Positions 38,076-50,962 of a DNA stretch of 64,000 nucleotides are shown here, piece by piece. The notes under the pieces are model-generated. The model was given only the letters and a program-made list of their open reading frames with translations, ran no database searches and was not told the origin of the DNA. The DNA lies in assembly GCA_946965045.2 (NCBI GenBank), contig OX337238.1, positions 2,294,001 to 2,358,000 of the forward strand, written 5' to 3'. Position 1 is the first letter of the stretch. Each line of letters begins with the position of its first letter. The position numbers and the translations under genes were made by a program. Source of the stretch: Epithemia pelagica. Taxonomy: Eukaryota; Protista; Bacillariophyta.

Positions 38076-40030
38076 GGCAAAACTGATTGGCTTGGATAAA
38101 ACTGCGGGTTGACAAAAGAGACAAAGCAAAAGAAATGGGACTTTGGATCTTCGATCTGTGCTGCTTTTCACAGGAAAAGCTCAACTTGTTTCACCAGAAA
38201 GCCACTGTCAGAAATCTTTTTCTCGTTCTGCAGAGGAGACCTGTTACCCAACAGTCGTTTCCGAGATCATTTGTGACGGGGTTCCGAATCGATAAATACG
38301 TGGCGAGAGGCTGGCGTTTTCTAGATTTCAAGTTTGGCGCGATGGACTATACTTCTCGTACGATGGACAGACTACAATACAATACGGGGACGACGGAGGG
38401 TATTGCATCCCTCGGTATCAGTGTCCACTGCTTAGCTGTTTTTTGTCTGTGCCATCATTTTAGGTTCCCAGGTGGACACAGACATCATTTTTTGCTTTCG
38501 AGACAAATAGAAATGATCAAATGGCAAATTGGCACGCATACCCAGCTGGAGTTTTCACAGTTTGAAACAGACGCATGCCCAGCAAGCGGCCGTGCGTGGA
38601 TAACTGTTGGTTGCTCCATAATTCATAATGACAAGCACACAATTCTTTTCTTTTGTTGCCGAAGCACATCGTACCAATGGCATTCCAGGTGAGTGTGATC
38701 CGTTGCCAATTGCCGTGACAATTACATAGATCATGCTCACTGATCACTGACACTTGTCACTTTTGTTTGCTCTGCTCATGGGAAGAGAGGCGATCATCTG
38801 TTGTGTCTCTGGGTAGCTCATTACGTGCCATTCTACATGTCGAAATGACGGATTTTTGATAACTTTCATTCGATTCATAAACAGACTGCAGACATTGTTT
38901 TCTTTATATACTAGGAGTAGAAATAGAACTCAAGTGCTATTCATTCGTAGAGTTCAGTGCATTCTGAATTCGTTGCAGATCTCTTTTCTGTTTTGAGCAT
39001 GGCAATGACTCTCAGTTTCACCATGAACACAAGCAGCTCTCACACGCTACAGCTACAACTTTTGACTCTATGAACTGATAGACATGGAAAGTAGGGTGTG
39101 GCAAGAGCAAGAGGGCTTCCCATCTATTTGAAGCAAAAACAACAAAGTGTTCGGTCATTGAGAAATGAGATGATGCTACGACCTATGACAATAATGAATC
39201 ATCTATCCTACAGAAGACATGAAAGCAACCAACCAACAATCAAACAACAAAACAATTACTCCTACATCAACAAATGAGACGGGTAAGATACTCCAGTTGA
39301 CATCAAGCGGCTTGTTCCTAGTCTACTCGTTCAACAAGAGACAAGCCAAAGGATCATGCATGAACAAGAGGAAAGATTGCAGCAGTGATGAGTGAGAAGA
39401 AAGAAAAAGAAACAAGAAGATTAGAAATAAGCCACAGCAGTGAGAAGTGAGAAGCAGTTCAGGTTCAGCCCAGCATGTTGCATCCATTGTTCTCACCTCA
39501 CGTCATGGTCAAGCATTTGGCTCGGTTTTTGGTGTTTTGTGACAGACGAGGACGGGAGGGTTGCCCAAAAAATTTGAATCGTGGTGACCAGAGGACAACC
39601 ACCAACCGTCAACTGTCACATGCACGCTGGCCTTGCTCCAACCCTGAGGAATTTTATTGGGTAGACAGACAGACGAAAAACATAAAATGCTGGCTGTGTC
39701 CACTTGGGAACCTGTGAAGGTGGCACAGACAAAAAACAGCTAAGCAGTGGACACTGATACCGAGGGATATATCCTTATGATGACAGACGTATCCTTATCC
39801 TTAACGCACCCTCTAAAACTCTCAATAAGACCAAAGAAAGATATTCCTCTGGTTTAGCATGAAGGAACAGTTGCAAAAAGGGCTTCTTTAAATCAGTCCA
39901 GATAACGGGAAGGGTTCCTGCAGTGCTCTATCTAGTCGACAAAATGTCAGATGTTTCGCTAGAATGTTGGTTTGCTTCCCCTGACTGAAAGAAAACAGGA
40001 CACCCGTAAAAATTTTGTTCTTGCCACTAC

Positions 40031-41878
40031 TCAAAGCCGTTGGACCTGCATGACATGTGATCCCACATAGATTTGTCCTGGTATCATGCAAATTGCTTCG
40101 CCCCCTTTGGGTACTTCTGTTTTGCGCGTGAGTCCCTTTCGGCCCACGTGGACCGACTCGCCACCCGGATTCAAGTCCTTCACTACCACATGTAGAACCC
40201 GTTCGCGTTGGATTTTGGGAGTAATTCGGCAACTGCTGCTTCCCGGTATTTCAATCCAAGTATTTGTTTCAAGGACCTCAGCCGATGGTTTCTTGCCAAC
40301 ATAGAGTGCTTCATCCACAGCCATTTTATAGTCCACGACACCACTCTTCCCAGGAGATTGAATGACGAATTTCAAACCAAGCTCTTTGCTAGTCTTTGGA
40401 ATGTTGACATTTTGATTTTCCGTATCTCCATTCGCGTCACTTTCAGGAGATCCAGGAAAAACTTCAACCACCTCCATTGGTGACGTTGGCCGAGGACGGG
40501 TCAATCGTTGTCGTTTCATGGGAGGATCTGATCCACCGTTTCCGCTTTGACCGTGGTCCTTTTTGGATTGGTTACTACTCTTTTTGGTAGCAACGGGCGT
40601 CGATTTGGTACTGGAATTTCGTGTCACTCGACCGGACCGCGTGGCACGCGTTTGGGGAGGTGAAACCACAAGTACCTCGTTATCGTCGTTCTCCTCATCA
40701 TCATTATCCTGCTTTGAAGCTGTAGCAGCGGATGCCGTCCGGCGTGTGGGTTTTGCGGTTCGTGTGGGTTTCTTGCCCTTTGCCTTTGTATTTGGGACAG
40801 ACAAGGAACGGAGCTTTTTCTTGAGATCGTCATAGTCGGGCTCTGTATTAAAATTGTACGACCATACGAGTTCCAGACAGTGAAAGAGAATGCGGGCCGC
40901 ATCAAGGGGCATGCGACAATAAAACTCGGACGTGAGGTCCTTGACTTGTTTGAGCTTAATGTTGTAAAGTTCGTCATCTGACTGCGCTTGACTCCATGGA
41001 AGGTAGGAGGGAATGCTTGTTTTTTCATAGGTTTGCTTTTTGCCATCGGCAATGGATCGAACCCGAATCAAAATCTCGCCCAGAACGTACAAGACCATTT
41101 CCACGTCATCACGACGGCTACTATTGTGAAGAGTATGCATGTGCAAGCTGGCATACATCGCGGTTCCATGCAGCTCTCCAATTTCTTCAGGTCGTTTGAA
41201 CGCGTGCATCAAACCAAAGTCCACCATTCGTAGTTGCTCCACCGACATGACATCATTTTTACCCCTCGTTTTCGATGACGCCGAAGCAAACATAAAGTTT
41301 TCTGGCTTGACGTCAATGACCAGCTGATTTACGTTGTGGATCGCTTGTACCAGGTCCACCATTCGTTCGGCCAGAGGACCAATGGGAATCAATGACAGAT
41401 CACAGTTGACCGCCATTTCTTCCACTCGACTGACCATATCACTTTCCATTCGTTCCATTATCAAAAAGAGAAAACCTATATCGTGCAAAATAAAGTAACG
41501 AATGAGTTTCACTTGGCTGAAGTGCGGCATTCATGTTTCGTTCAAAGACGTACCAGCAGATTCTCGGACTTTTCGGGCGGGCAGAGGAATGTCAGGCACA
41601 ATGGTACCTCGAAGAGGTTGAAGATGTGCAACGTACAACTGACCCTCATTTCGAAGACTTATTTCATTAACTTTAGCTTCCATCTGGGTTTTGGAGCGAG
41701 GATTGGTGGGTTTCACCGTCAGTTTGACGGCCCATTGGGTTTCCTTTTGGGTTTTGCCATCGACCACGACATGGACGCTTCCCTGGGCTCCCTCGCCTAA
41801 CTTTCGGCCCACTTTCCAGCCATTGGGGAGATCAATGTCACTAAGCTTGCCACTACCGGAGCTCTTACGAAGCGGCAT
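40031..41878 (-). CDS. CK1-group (VRK-like) Ser/Thr kinase with low-complexity linker and possible FHA-like C-terminal domain, 2 exons (41878-41554, 41475-40031)
   Basis: GRKLGEGAQGSV, WAVK, VIDVKPENFM, VDFGL, GTAMYASL, SRRDDVE. A GTACGT...TATAG intron in phase 1 gives SAG|FLFLIME. Confidence 0.85.
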
Positions 41879-42093
41879 GATGTACACCCACAGAAGAAGA
41901 CACCTTGCGCTGGATTGGAAAGGTTTTTGAATGAGATTTACGAAAAACTGAAAAGTAGAGAGAAAAAATGGCGACAAACGCAAGGCGGGCCATCTTTCGG
42001 TAACGGAAACACGGCAAATTTTGAAATTTAAAATCATGCTTCTTTTTTGAATTGCATCCAATCTCGCAACCACATACTTGAACCGTATTGACC

Positions 42094-43430
42094 ATGGTGA
42101 GTGATGCAACCGGTCCGTGTCTGTTCTCGCTGAGCTAGGCCAACGAAAATATTCGTATCTCTGAAGTGGAGAACCATCATGAAAGATGGAGCATGCGGAA
42201 AGAGATATTTGGGTTGAATGTTGCCCTCCTACTCGTTTTTGATGTCTCATTCATTCCCTTTCTTTGCCACCGTTGCTTTGATTCAAACGTGCAGAGACCG
42301 TACTTGCTTCAGGGACACGAACGTCCCATTACATCCATCAAATTCAACTACGATGGAGATCTGTTGTTCACTGCCTCCAAAGACCACGTCCCTTCCGTGT
42401 GGCGGGCCGACAATGGTGAACGACTAGGTACCTTCAATGGACACAAGGGGACCATTTGGGATTTCTCCTGTGATCGATTCACCAAACGGTTCTTGACCGC
42501 TTCCGCGGACGCCACTTGTCGTCTATGGGAGGTTGAGACTGGCGAATGCACCAAAATCTTTCCTCACATTGGCCCCGTCCGTGGAGTGGCGTGGGCCGAG
42601 GGTGGACAAATGTTTGCGACAATCTCCGATCCCTTTATGGAACACAATGCCAAAATTAGAATCTACAACATTCCGGAAGATGCGGTAGACGACCCTGCGA
42701 AATATTCGGATGAACCAGAGGTGGAAATTGACTTGTCGAAAATGGGTGGGAAACGCGTCAATCCTACCAATGTACACTGGACGGCCTTGAACGATGATCT
42801 CTTGGTCTCCTTTGATAATGGACTAATTCGTTTGTATGATCCTTCGGATGGAAGTATAAAGGAGGAAATCCAGGCACACGAGAAAAAGATCAACCGCGTT
42901 CGGTTTAATGGCGACAAGACCTTGTTCATTACAGCGTCGGCCGATTTTACCAGCAAGTTGTACGATCCAGTAGATCTCAAACATTTGAAAACGTACCGCA
43001 CCGATCGTCCCGTCAACGATGCGGTGATTTCTGATACCAAAGAGCATATTTTGTTGGGAGGAGGTCAAGAAGCCATGAGTGTAACGACGACGGCCGGAAA
43101 GGTTGGAAAATTCGAAACTCGCTTCTTTCACATGGTGTACGAAGAAGAATTTGGGATTGTGAAAGGACACTTTGGTCCCATCAACGCATGTACGTCCCCT
43201 CTGTGCTGGTGTTCTTGTAGATTTTGTTTCTTTCTCACATTGTTGCTTTGTATTTAATAACAGTGGCTATCAATCCAACAGGGAGAAGTTATGCCAGTGG
43301 GGCAGAAGATGGATACGTGCGGTTGCACATATTTGACAAGGACTATTTGGAGATGAAAGATCCAGTACCCGAAGAAGAAGAAGATGACGACGACGATTAT
43401 GTCGATGGAGAGGGGGAGCCAACGCGCTAA
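42094..43430 (+). CDS. eIF3i: Eukaryotic translation initiation factor 3 subunit I (WD40), exons 42094-42096, 42295-43189, 43264-43430
   Basis: M|RPYLLQGHERPITSIKFNYDGDLLF, GGGQEAMSVTTT, VKGHFGPINA|LAINP, SGAEDGYVRLH. Donors are GTGAGT and GTACGT. Confidence 0.95.
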
Positions 43431-43851
43431 TCATGATAAGCACCTAGACCAAACTTCCTTATCACTGTTCTTCTAGTCTATAATGCAAAGATCAGTATAT
43501 AGGCCATAGACGTTTGAACAGGTTTGCTTCAGATCGGCTGAATACCAAACCATACGAAAAAGATTCTGTATGGCACAAGTCTTGAAACAACAATTTGTCT
43601 CGACCAAATGTGCAGCTGTTTTATCGACAATTTCACGATGGATTCGCCACGGTCATAGAAGTAACAACATGGAATACATGTCGTCCACAATGGTGTCGTC
43701 AAATCAGGTACTGATTGGCTCGACGGAAATCAGGTTCATTTTTTTGTTGCCCTGAAGGTTCCAGCCCCATTGCTTCCTTGCCATCAGTGTTTCAGTGTAG
43801 GGCGGTCGTTTCAGCACTCCCGATCGTTGTTGTTGGATGGATTGTCGCAGG

Positions 43852-45453
43852 TCAAGGTTTGGTGGCTGCTGCTGCTGTAGCATGAGGTTTGGAATGCACG
43901 AGTCCTGCCGTGGCAAAGGTGAGAAAGGCGGTATGTCCTCGTATCAGTCCAAACGGACGTGCCACAATCATAGTCTTGCCCCTTGGTTTCGAGGCAGTTG
44001 GTTCTGCATCATTCTGTTGTTCTTGCAGTGGCTCTTCCGTTTCTGCCTTTGCCTTTTTGGACATTTCTCCAGTCGCATCGGGAGTGCCACCTTCCTGATT
44101 CTTGCGCTTCTTGCTTTTCCCCGATGTCTTTTTATTGTTGTTGTTGGATTCCGGCAGTGTCTGGGTCCCAGCAGCAGAAGCAGAAGCTGCTGCCGCTTCA
44201 GCGGCATTATAAGTGGCATCAACCAAACAGGGTCGTTTCAAGTGTCGTGGTGCCGGCGCATAGGTAATCTTGTCCACATAATGTTGCATGAGTCGAAATT
44301 CCATGGTTTGAATGGAATGAAATCCTGCTTCTTCGAGGGCGGCCACGGCCCGTTGCGTTTGTTCAATACAGGGACTGTAATTGGCAATGCGGCCATTGGG
44401 TTTCAAGACCCGTGCCGCCTCGGCAATGGCATTCCAGGGTTCCGGCAAATCCAAAAAGACGGCATCGACCGAATGTGCCGCAACCCCGACAAACCCTCCT
44501 CCTGGAACAGTTGGTGTTGGTTGCGAGGAATCCTTTGGATTCGTCTCGGGTGGGCAATTACTGCTCGTACTGTTACTACACACATCCACATTCCGGACCG
44601 TCACCAAGTGGGACAATCCATGGCGGGCCAATTCGTCACGGGCCGTTTGAGCACGATGAGGATTGAATTCGTAGGTATGCAAATGACCGCGCGGAGCAAT
44701 GGATCGGACCAAGGCATGACTCAAGGCAGCACTGCCCGTCCCACTTTCCACGACAATGGAATTGGGACGAATCTGCAATTGAAAAATAATTTGCGCTTGA
44801 TCCAATTCATGGACAATTTGTGTCCGATGTGGCAAGGAACGGACCCAGAGTTCGGGTGTCGGTTTGAGTAAATAGCAAAAGCCATAGCCCTGATGCGTCC
44901 GCGATCGAACCTTGCATCCAAAGGGTTTGCCCAAAAAATCATTGTGATGGAAATGTCCATTGCGATTGGAAAAAATGGCATTGCGTTTGGCGTAGACAAA
45001 ATTCAAGGTATCAAAGGAGATCATGATAACCACCAAATCTCCAACTTGAATCGTCGATTGGCGAGGCAAACAACGATGCTTGTACAGGGACGCGTCAATC
45101 ATTGAATGAGGGACACTAGTGGACACACTGGTGGCACCTTTTCCCCCATCCTTGGTGGGAGAAGACGGCCTCGAAATGGCATATTTGGGGACCAGCAAAG
45201 AAATGGCGGCATGGTTTGCTGCGTTCAGAGCCATTTCATCCAATCTTTTATCTTCTTCGTCCTTGTTCTCGTTTGAGGTTTGTGGTGGTGAATGGGGAGA
45301 CGTCTCGTTGTTGGCCAGTGGTTTTTGGTCGTCGGTCTCGTCATGGCTGGTGGAACGCTCGACAAGTGCCAGGCCTTCTTCTTTGGAAATATATCGAATC
45401 CCCGATCGAGATGCCACCGATTCCTCAATCACATGAGCATGTCCAAAATCCAT
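43852..45453 (-). CDS. TRM61: tRNA (adenine58-N1)-methyltransferase catalytic subunit
   Basis: LKPTPELWVRSLPHRTQIV, VVESGTGS, GHLHTYEFN, DAVFLDLPEPW, YSPCIEQ, GHTAFLTFA. Confidence 0.93.
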   Translation of the reverse strand: MDFGHAHVIEESVASRSGIRYISKEEGLALVERSTSHDETDDQKPLANNETSPHSPPQTSNENKDEEDKRLDEMALNAANHAAISLLVPKYAISRPSSPTKDGGKGATSVSTSVPHSMIDASLYKHRCLPRQSTIQVGDLVVIMISFDTLNFVYAKRNAIFSNRNGHFHHNDFLGKPFGCKVRSRTHQGYGFCYLLKPTPELWVRSLPHRTQIVHELDQAQIIFQLQIRPNSIVVESGTGSAALSHALVRSIAPRGHLHTYEFNPHRAQTARDELARHGLSHLVTVRNVDVCSNSTSSNCPPETNPKDSSQPTPTVPGGGFVGVAAHSVDAVFLDLPEPWNAIAEAARVLKPNGRIANYSPCIEQTQRAVAALEEAGFHSIQTMEFRLMQHYVDKITYAPAPRHLKRPCLVDATYNAAEAAAASASAAGTQTLPESNNNNKKTSGKSKKRKNQEGGTPDATGEMSKKAKAETEEPLQEQQNDAEPTASKPRGKTMIVARPFGLIRGHTAFLTFATAGLVHSKPHATAAAATKP

Positions 45454-46197
45454 GGGGTATATGAACTAGTATGGAATGGAGGGAAACGATGAGATACACA
45501 AGAGATTCCGATGGAGAGAGACCTGAGTTTCCAACAAGCTTTACACCGCACCGTCTGTCGGATCTGGATGATTACAGAGCAGCACAAAGAAGGCACGGCT
45601 GGTATGGTATATGGTATGGTATGGTCTTGTTGTATCTTGCCAAAGATGTGACGAGTGACGACGAGAAAAGTTTCTCTTGATTTTTGGTCGATGGTGGAAG
45701 CAGTCGTCTGTCAGACGTACGCGTTTGAATCGATCCCAAGCGTTTCCAGTTTTCCTTGTCGTAGTCAGATCTCTCTGCGGGAATGAGAAGGTGCTTGCGA
45801 GGAGTAGTAGGTAAGGGTGCTAGAGAGGGTAGCAAGAGCATACGACTCCAATCTACTCCAGTAACGGGAAATGTGGTAAGTACAATGCTTTCCATATGAT
45901 GATGATGATAATGATGAATGAGACTCTCAAGACGAAAAAGAACTGGAGAGGAAAACCGAGATCACAAGTGACGCGGTAGAGGGACGATTCACTTCATAGA
46001 GTCGCCGAATCATGATTCGTAACCCCTTCCTTCTTAACGGGATACTGTTGTTTTTTTGTTAAGCTTCAACTACTATACAGAGTGGTCCTTTCCAAGTTAT
46101 CCAACCAGCAGCAATTCACTTATCTCCACATTTTACGATTCCTATTTCTTCTTCTTTTTTTCTCTCTCTCGCAGCAACCATTAGCAGGATTCTTCTA

Positions 46198-48387
46198 CTA
46201 CTCTTCGAGTTCCTGTTCAATCGCGGGCGAACTCATACAGTCTTCGTCGAGGGCCGCAGCCGCCCCACTGTCATCCGTCTCCAACTTGCCATAATCGGGC
46301 ACGAGCATACGGGATGTGACCATGGGTGAAAAGAATTCTCGACAAATCGTTTCCAAATCTTCCAAGACGGCCAAGGTCGCAAATCGAGCCGTGGTTAATT
46401 TCCATCGTCGGACCAAATCTTCTCGTTCCTCGCGTGTCTTGGTTTCAAAGACATGTTCTTGTCCATCCGACGTGCGAATCAAAATCCCACAGGCCGGTCG
46501 TACCAACGGATACCGACTCTTGTCCAAACTATCCGGTGTCAGGACCCGACACAAGTTTAACAAGCGAATGTAATGCGGTTTCTGCGAGGACTTGTTGAGT
46601 TTGCGTTTGGTTTCCAATTCGGGATGAAAGGTTTCCCGCCACATGAGATTGGGTTCCAACATGACAGTATTCATTTCAATCAAGGTCCCACGTTCAATCC
46701 AAATTTGAACCGGCCGAGGATCGGCCATATTATTGTTGTTGCTGCTGCTGGTAGCATCGTCTCCGGCTTTTTTGCGCGGATACCATGTCACGGTCCAACT
46801 CATGTTGAGTGTTTCTTGAACCATGTCAAACATGTTGTTGTTGCTATCGTTGTTGGTAGTGTCGCTGCCGGTCGCAGGGTTGTACGACTCGGAGTGTTCC
46901 CCAGTGGTGCTGTCTGGACTGCCGATGGATCGACTCGACGGGTTGCTCGTCTTGTTGTTCTTGTTGCTGCTGCCACGTCGACGATTGGACGATTGTTGCT
47001 GGTTCAAAACAAGGGCCGTTCGTTCTTCCGGATCACTATCATAGCCTGTCGTAGCCTCACCACCGTCTTGCGAATAGAGCAAGGTGGGATCCAATCCAGG
47101 TCCCACGGTTGTGGTAGTCGCCGAAGATGGCGTGGTCGTACTACCACCAAACAATCCAAAGGCACTGCTCCAGGCCGTGCTGCCGAGGGGATTGTAATAC
47201 TGAGAGTATGACGACGATGATGACGATGACGACGTGGCATGATTGGACCACAATCGATCGTCCATGGATCGACATTTGCTGGTCGGAATCACCACGGAGG
47301 AAGGAGACGAACTCCGTTCCATGCGCAAGCGATGAACGTACATGGCACGTTCGCGCCATTGACGTCGTCGCGATCGTCGTTGTTGTTGCTGCTGCTGGTG
47401 TTGTTGTTGTTGGTCTTCCCCAACACCACCACGACCGGGCGAAGACGTACTCGTCCCAAGGGGTGGTGTCGTACTACTACAAGCCGTGGCGGCACCCGCC
47501 CCGGGCATGGCACAGGCGTGACAGTCGGCCGACGATGCGGCCGTGGTTAAATTGAATTGCCACACGCGATGAATTTCATCTTGATCGGGTGGATTGGAAC
47601 ACCCCAACAATTCCATGATATCATATTCCAAGACTCGTCGATATTGTTCCCACACCAAGGCGGCATCTTGTTCGGTGGGTACCGATAAGGGCTTGTTGCC
47701 GGCCGAACACAAGCCATCCAAAAAATCCAACAAGGAGGCTTCCTTCATGGCGGCCACTTGTTCGCTGGGACTTGTGGTCGTCGTCGGTGTCGTGGTTGTC
47801 GTACTCTTGTGGTGGTTTGGGTTATTGTGGTTGTTGGGAGTGGCCATTTCGTGTGTGTGGCTGCTACTACTCACGACGGGGTGTTCACACCAAGACGATT
47901 TCCAAGACGATCGACAGGCCGGTGGTGTTTGGGGAATGCATTGAAACTGTGGTTGCGAACGATCGTCCGAGACCACCGACAAATGATCGTCATCGTCACC
48001 GTGCAAGGCGCCATCGGGATCCAACAAGAAGGACGTTTCAATGGGAATTTCCGATCCTTCTTCATCGTCCTCTTCTTCGGTAATGTTGAGAATGGAATTG
48101 TGCGTATTCACGGTAATGCGACTCGTCTCGACACCACCCCCATCCAAGGAGTTGTCGCGAATGAACAAGGCTGTATGATTGGACGATCGCGATCCAAACG
48201 AAGTGTCCACCGTCGTGTCGGTATCCGCTGGCGTGGCTGCTGCTGCTTCCTTTTGCTGGTGCTGCTTGTTGGCCGCCTTGTTGTTGCTACCACCACGATT
48301 GGGGGAACCACCCTTGCGACTTGGCAAGGGTTTCGAGAGGGGTTGTACATCCAACGAAACGTGGGATTGCTCCAGTTCCAAACTCAT
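46198..48387 (-). CDS. Hypothetical low-complexity protein with a C-terminal PH-like domain
   Basis: Long ORF with S/T/Q/N tracts. The C-terminal globular region (VQIWIERG...LIRTSDGQEHVFETKTREEREDLVRRWK) ends in the strand-then-helix pattern typical of PH folds. Confidence 0.65.
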   Translation of the reverse strand: MSLELEQSHVSLDVQPLSKPLPSRKGGSPNRGGSNNKAANKQHQQKEAAAATPADTDTTVDTSFGSRSSNHTALFIRDNSLDGGGVETSRITVNTHNSILNITEEEDDEEGSEIPIETSFLLDPDGALHGDDDDHLSVVSDDRSQPQFQCIPQTPPACRSSWKSSWCEHPVVSSSSHTHEMATPNNHNNPNHHKSTTTTTPTTTTSPSEQVAAMKEASLLDFLDGLCSAGNKPLSVPTEQDAALVWEQYRRVLEYDIMELLGCSNPPDQDEIHRVWQFNLTTAASSADCHACAMPGAGAATACSSTTPPLGTSTSSPGRGGVGEDQQQQHQQQQQQRRSRRRQWRERAMYVHRLRMERSSSPSSVVIPTSKCRSMDDRLWSNHATSSSSSSSSYSQYYNPLGSTAWSSAFGLFGGSTTTPSSATTTTVGPGLDPTLLYSQDGGEATTGYDSDPEERTALVLNQQQSSNRRRGSSNKNNKTSNPSSRSIGSPDSTTGEHSESYNPATGSDTTNNDSNNNMFDMVQETLNMSWTVTWYPRKKAGDDATSSSNNNNMADPRPVQIWIERGTLIEMNTVMLEPNLMWRETFHPELETKRKLNKSSQKPHYIRLLNLCRVLTPDSLDKSRYPLVRPACGILIRTSDGQEHVFETKTREEREDLVRRWKLTTARFATLAVLEDLETICREFFSPMVTSRMLVPDYGKLETDDSGAAAALDEDCMSSPAIEQELEE

Positions 48388-49659
48388 GATGATGAGGATT
48401 CCACTGTGGTCACCACTTGTGGTTTGTAGACAATCAAAATCAACACCAACGTACGTACACTCCAATCAAGGGAATGTAATGATTCTACAGTTGTTGCTTG
48501 TTGTGAATTGAAACGCCTCGTTCTCTGTATCACAACAGGCACAGTCCAAGTCTGGAGAGTTTGCCAGAGTGATGTCTTGTGTTGATCCCTCCAATCAACA
48601 ACAAGGACACCCACGCCGTCTACCACCACGATTCTACCAGGGCTCTCGGTTCCGTGTCTGGTTTGTGTTGTATGTGATGGCTTTTCTAGTAGTTTTGCGA
48701 ACCAAGAACTCGGGGCTTGCCGTGTATGTGAATGTGCTTCTTGTGCCTCTTTTGATTTTTCGAGAGATGTCTTCTCGTCTTCGGGCTTTGGTTGTCGCGC
48801 TTGTTATCCCTTTCTCGTGGTGGTGTCGTCGTCTCTTGGATGGAGTATGTGGTCGGCACACATGCTCCACACTTCGTATAGTAGTGTACAAACTTGGGGC
48901 TAAGTACTGGTAGTGACTCGTGTGAGATACCCACGCCGAACCATTCCCAAAATTTTAGGCCATCCAGTGTCATTGCCGAGGATGGCCCAAAAAACGACTG
49001 CGCGGGCGTGTGAAATATTCAGAACGCCAGGCATCTTTGGAAGCTTGTTGGGAAGCCCTAACTACGTGAAACAGCGTCTTAACGACAGCGAGCGCGCGAG
49101 GCGAGATTCCGGAATTTACTTAGGCATCGGAGGCTATGGTACAACAATTGGGGAATCCGAGGCATTACAATAAGTGTCGGAGAACGGGACATCCTCTCAC
49201 TGCGACTGGAAGGCGCACATTCGGCGTCTCCCGAGCGACACACGTACGACTCGCCATTCGATCCAGCCAACGGGTAGTAGGAGTAGTTAGGGGAACAGGT
49301 TTGAGAATCACCCCATTGGGAAAAGTCGCTTGGGCCTGAACCTCTCTCTGCCAGAACCAACTTGCGGTTGTCGTCCATACTGTCCATTGGGTTCCATCCA
49401 GATCGATCCGGTGAACGGGTCATCCATCTCTTCGGTGCCCGAGTCCAAGCGCAACGATCCAGGGCTTCCACTCCCGATATTCCTTCGAGTCGTTTTCAAG
49501 GACATGGCGTCTTCCATAACAGACTGTTGGGGCCCAGGACAATGCACACACGCACATGGCACACATGCGGCCTATCAACCAGGACAGAGCTGCGGTCTCC
49601 TTGGAATGGGTTGGAGACAACAGGATATCAATCCACCAGCACACAACGTCGTGCGCACA

Positions 49660-50962
49660 TTATGGATGATAGGCATCGGCGGAACAATTCCTCCAATCGG
49701 GCGGTTTCATTTCGTGAACGGGAGGAGTGGTTGTGTCATTGGTGACTTGATCCAGGCCATCCAAATAACAATCCAAATAGGGACAACCTTGTTGTTGGGA
49801 CAAAAACAAGGTGTATCCACACGTGAGGACGGGATCCCGTCCATAAACGGCAATCCCATTCATGTACAAGCCCCAGCACCAAGCCAAGGTTGCTCGGCTC
49901 CACCAGATATCAAAATTGGCATGCATCCCCAACAACCAACCGGCAAACCAATGGTGTAAATGCATGTACGGCGACGATGCCGAGGGGAGCAACAACAAGA
50001 CGACCGACAAAATCAATTCCAATAATTTCAGGACAAAGACACCCTGTCGAACGGCTTGGCGGACATGCAACAAAATAAGCGTCACAATCAAGGGTACCAA
50101 TACCAGGACAAACAGCCACAACTTCCACGACCAGGTACAATGCATGGAATACAGAGTAAAGGATTGTTGCAAAAAGCCAAAGGTGGTGATGAAGCTCGCA
50201 TAAAAGCTACCCGCCAAGGCCGTCACGATCCACGCCATGTGATCCACGCCGACTTGTCGGTGCAATCGAGCCACGGTAAAAAAGAAGAGCGCATCCATCA
50301 CCACCAGAGTGGATTCATAGGTCCAAAAATCGCTCAAGGTAAAGTCCTCGCGATGTTCCCACCCCTGTGTATATGCATATAGTACGCAAGAACAAATTAT
50401 GAAAACAAAAATACCATGACACGAGGAAACGTTTGTGTCAGAAACCAAAATGACCATCTAATAATGTACAACGACGGCATTGGTCAACCGTTGGACGCAC
50501 CATTTTTCGAACAAACCAATGGGCCAGGGCAATTCCCAGAAATGTGATGATGACAAACTTGAACAATTTGACGGCAAAGGGACCTTCGGCTAATGGTAGA
50601 CCACAAATTCGAGGTTCGTTGTCGGGTAGTGCACAGTGGTTCAAAAACTTCCAAAACGACAATGACCTCCATGATGCCAATTCGTCAGCATCTTCATCAA
50701 TGTCTTCATCTGGAAACGTTTCTTGGTTTCCCGAATCACGCTCATCCATTTCATCGTTGTCGCCATCATCATCATCATGGTCGCCGGTAGCGAGCAAACG
50801 TTCCTCCGATGGTTGCTGTTTGCGCCCTTGTTCTTCATCTACCACTTCCACCAGTTTCGACCGCTCCTCTTTCCTGGTTTCCTGATCGTCCATTGCCATT
50901 TCTTCTTGTGTCGATCCCAACAATGGCTCACGGAGCGAGTTTGTCGAGTGCAAAGGATCCAT
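49660..50962 (-). CDS. Multi-pass membrane protein of unknown function, 2 exons (50962-50501, 50364-49660)
   Basis: Acidic N-terminus and several TM segments, with a HLHHW motif. A GTGCGT...ACAG phase 0 intron gives RKM|GWEH. Confidence 0.72.

Noticed and set aside
38087-38692. 201-aa plus-strand ORF
   Set aside because: No motifs, overlaps the giant gene's upstream region, and has non-coding-like composition.
45600-45625. (GGTAT)n-like microsatellite
   Set aside because: Short simple repeat upstream of TRM61; ordinary.
48569-49562. Several short ORFs between the PH-like and membrane-protein genes
   Set aside because: No recognisable domains or convincing splice model. 49308-49562 could be a small gene but is unsupported.
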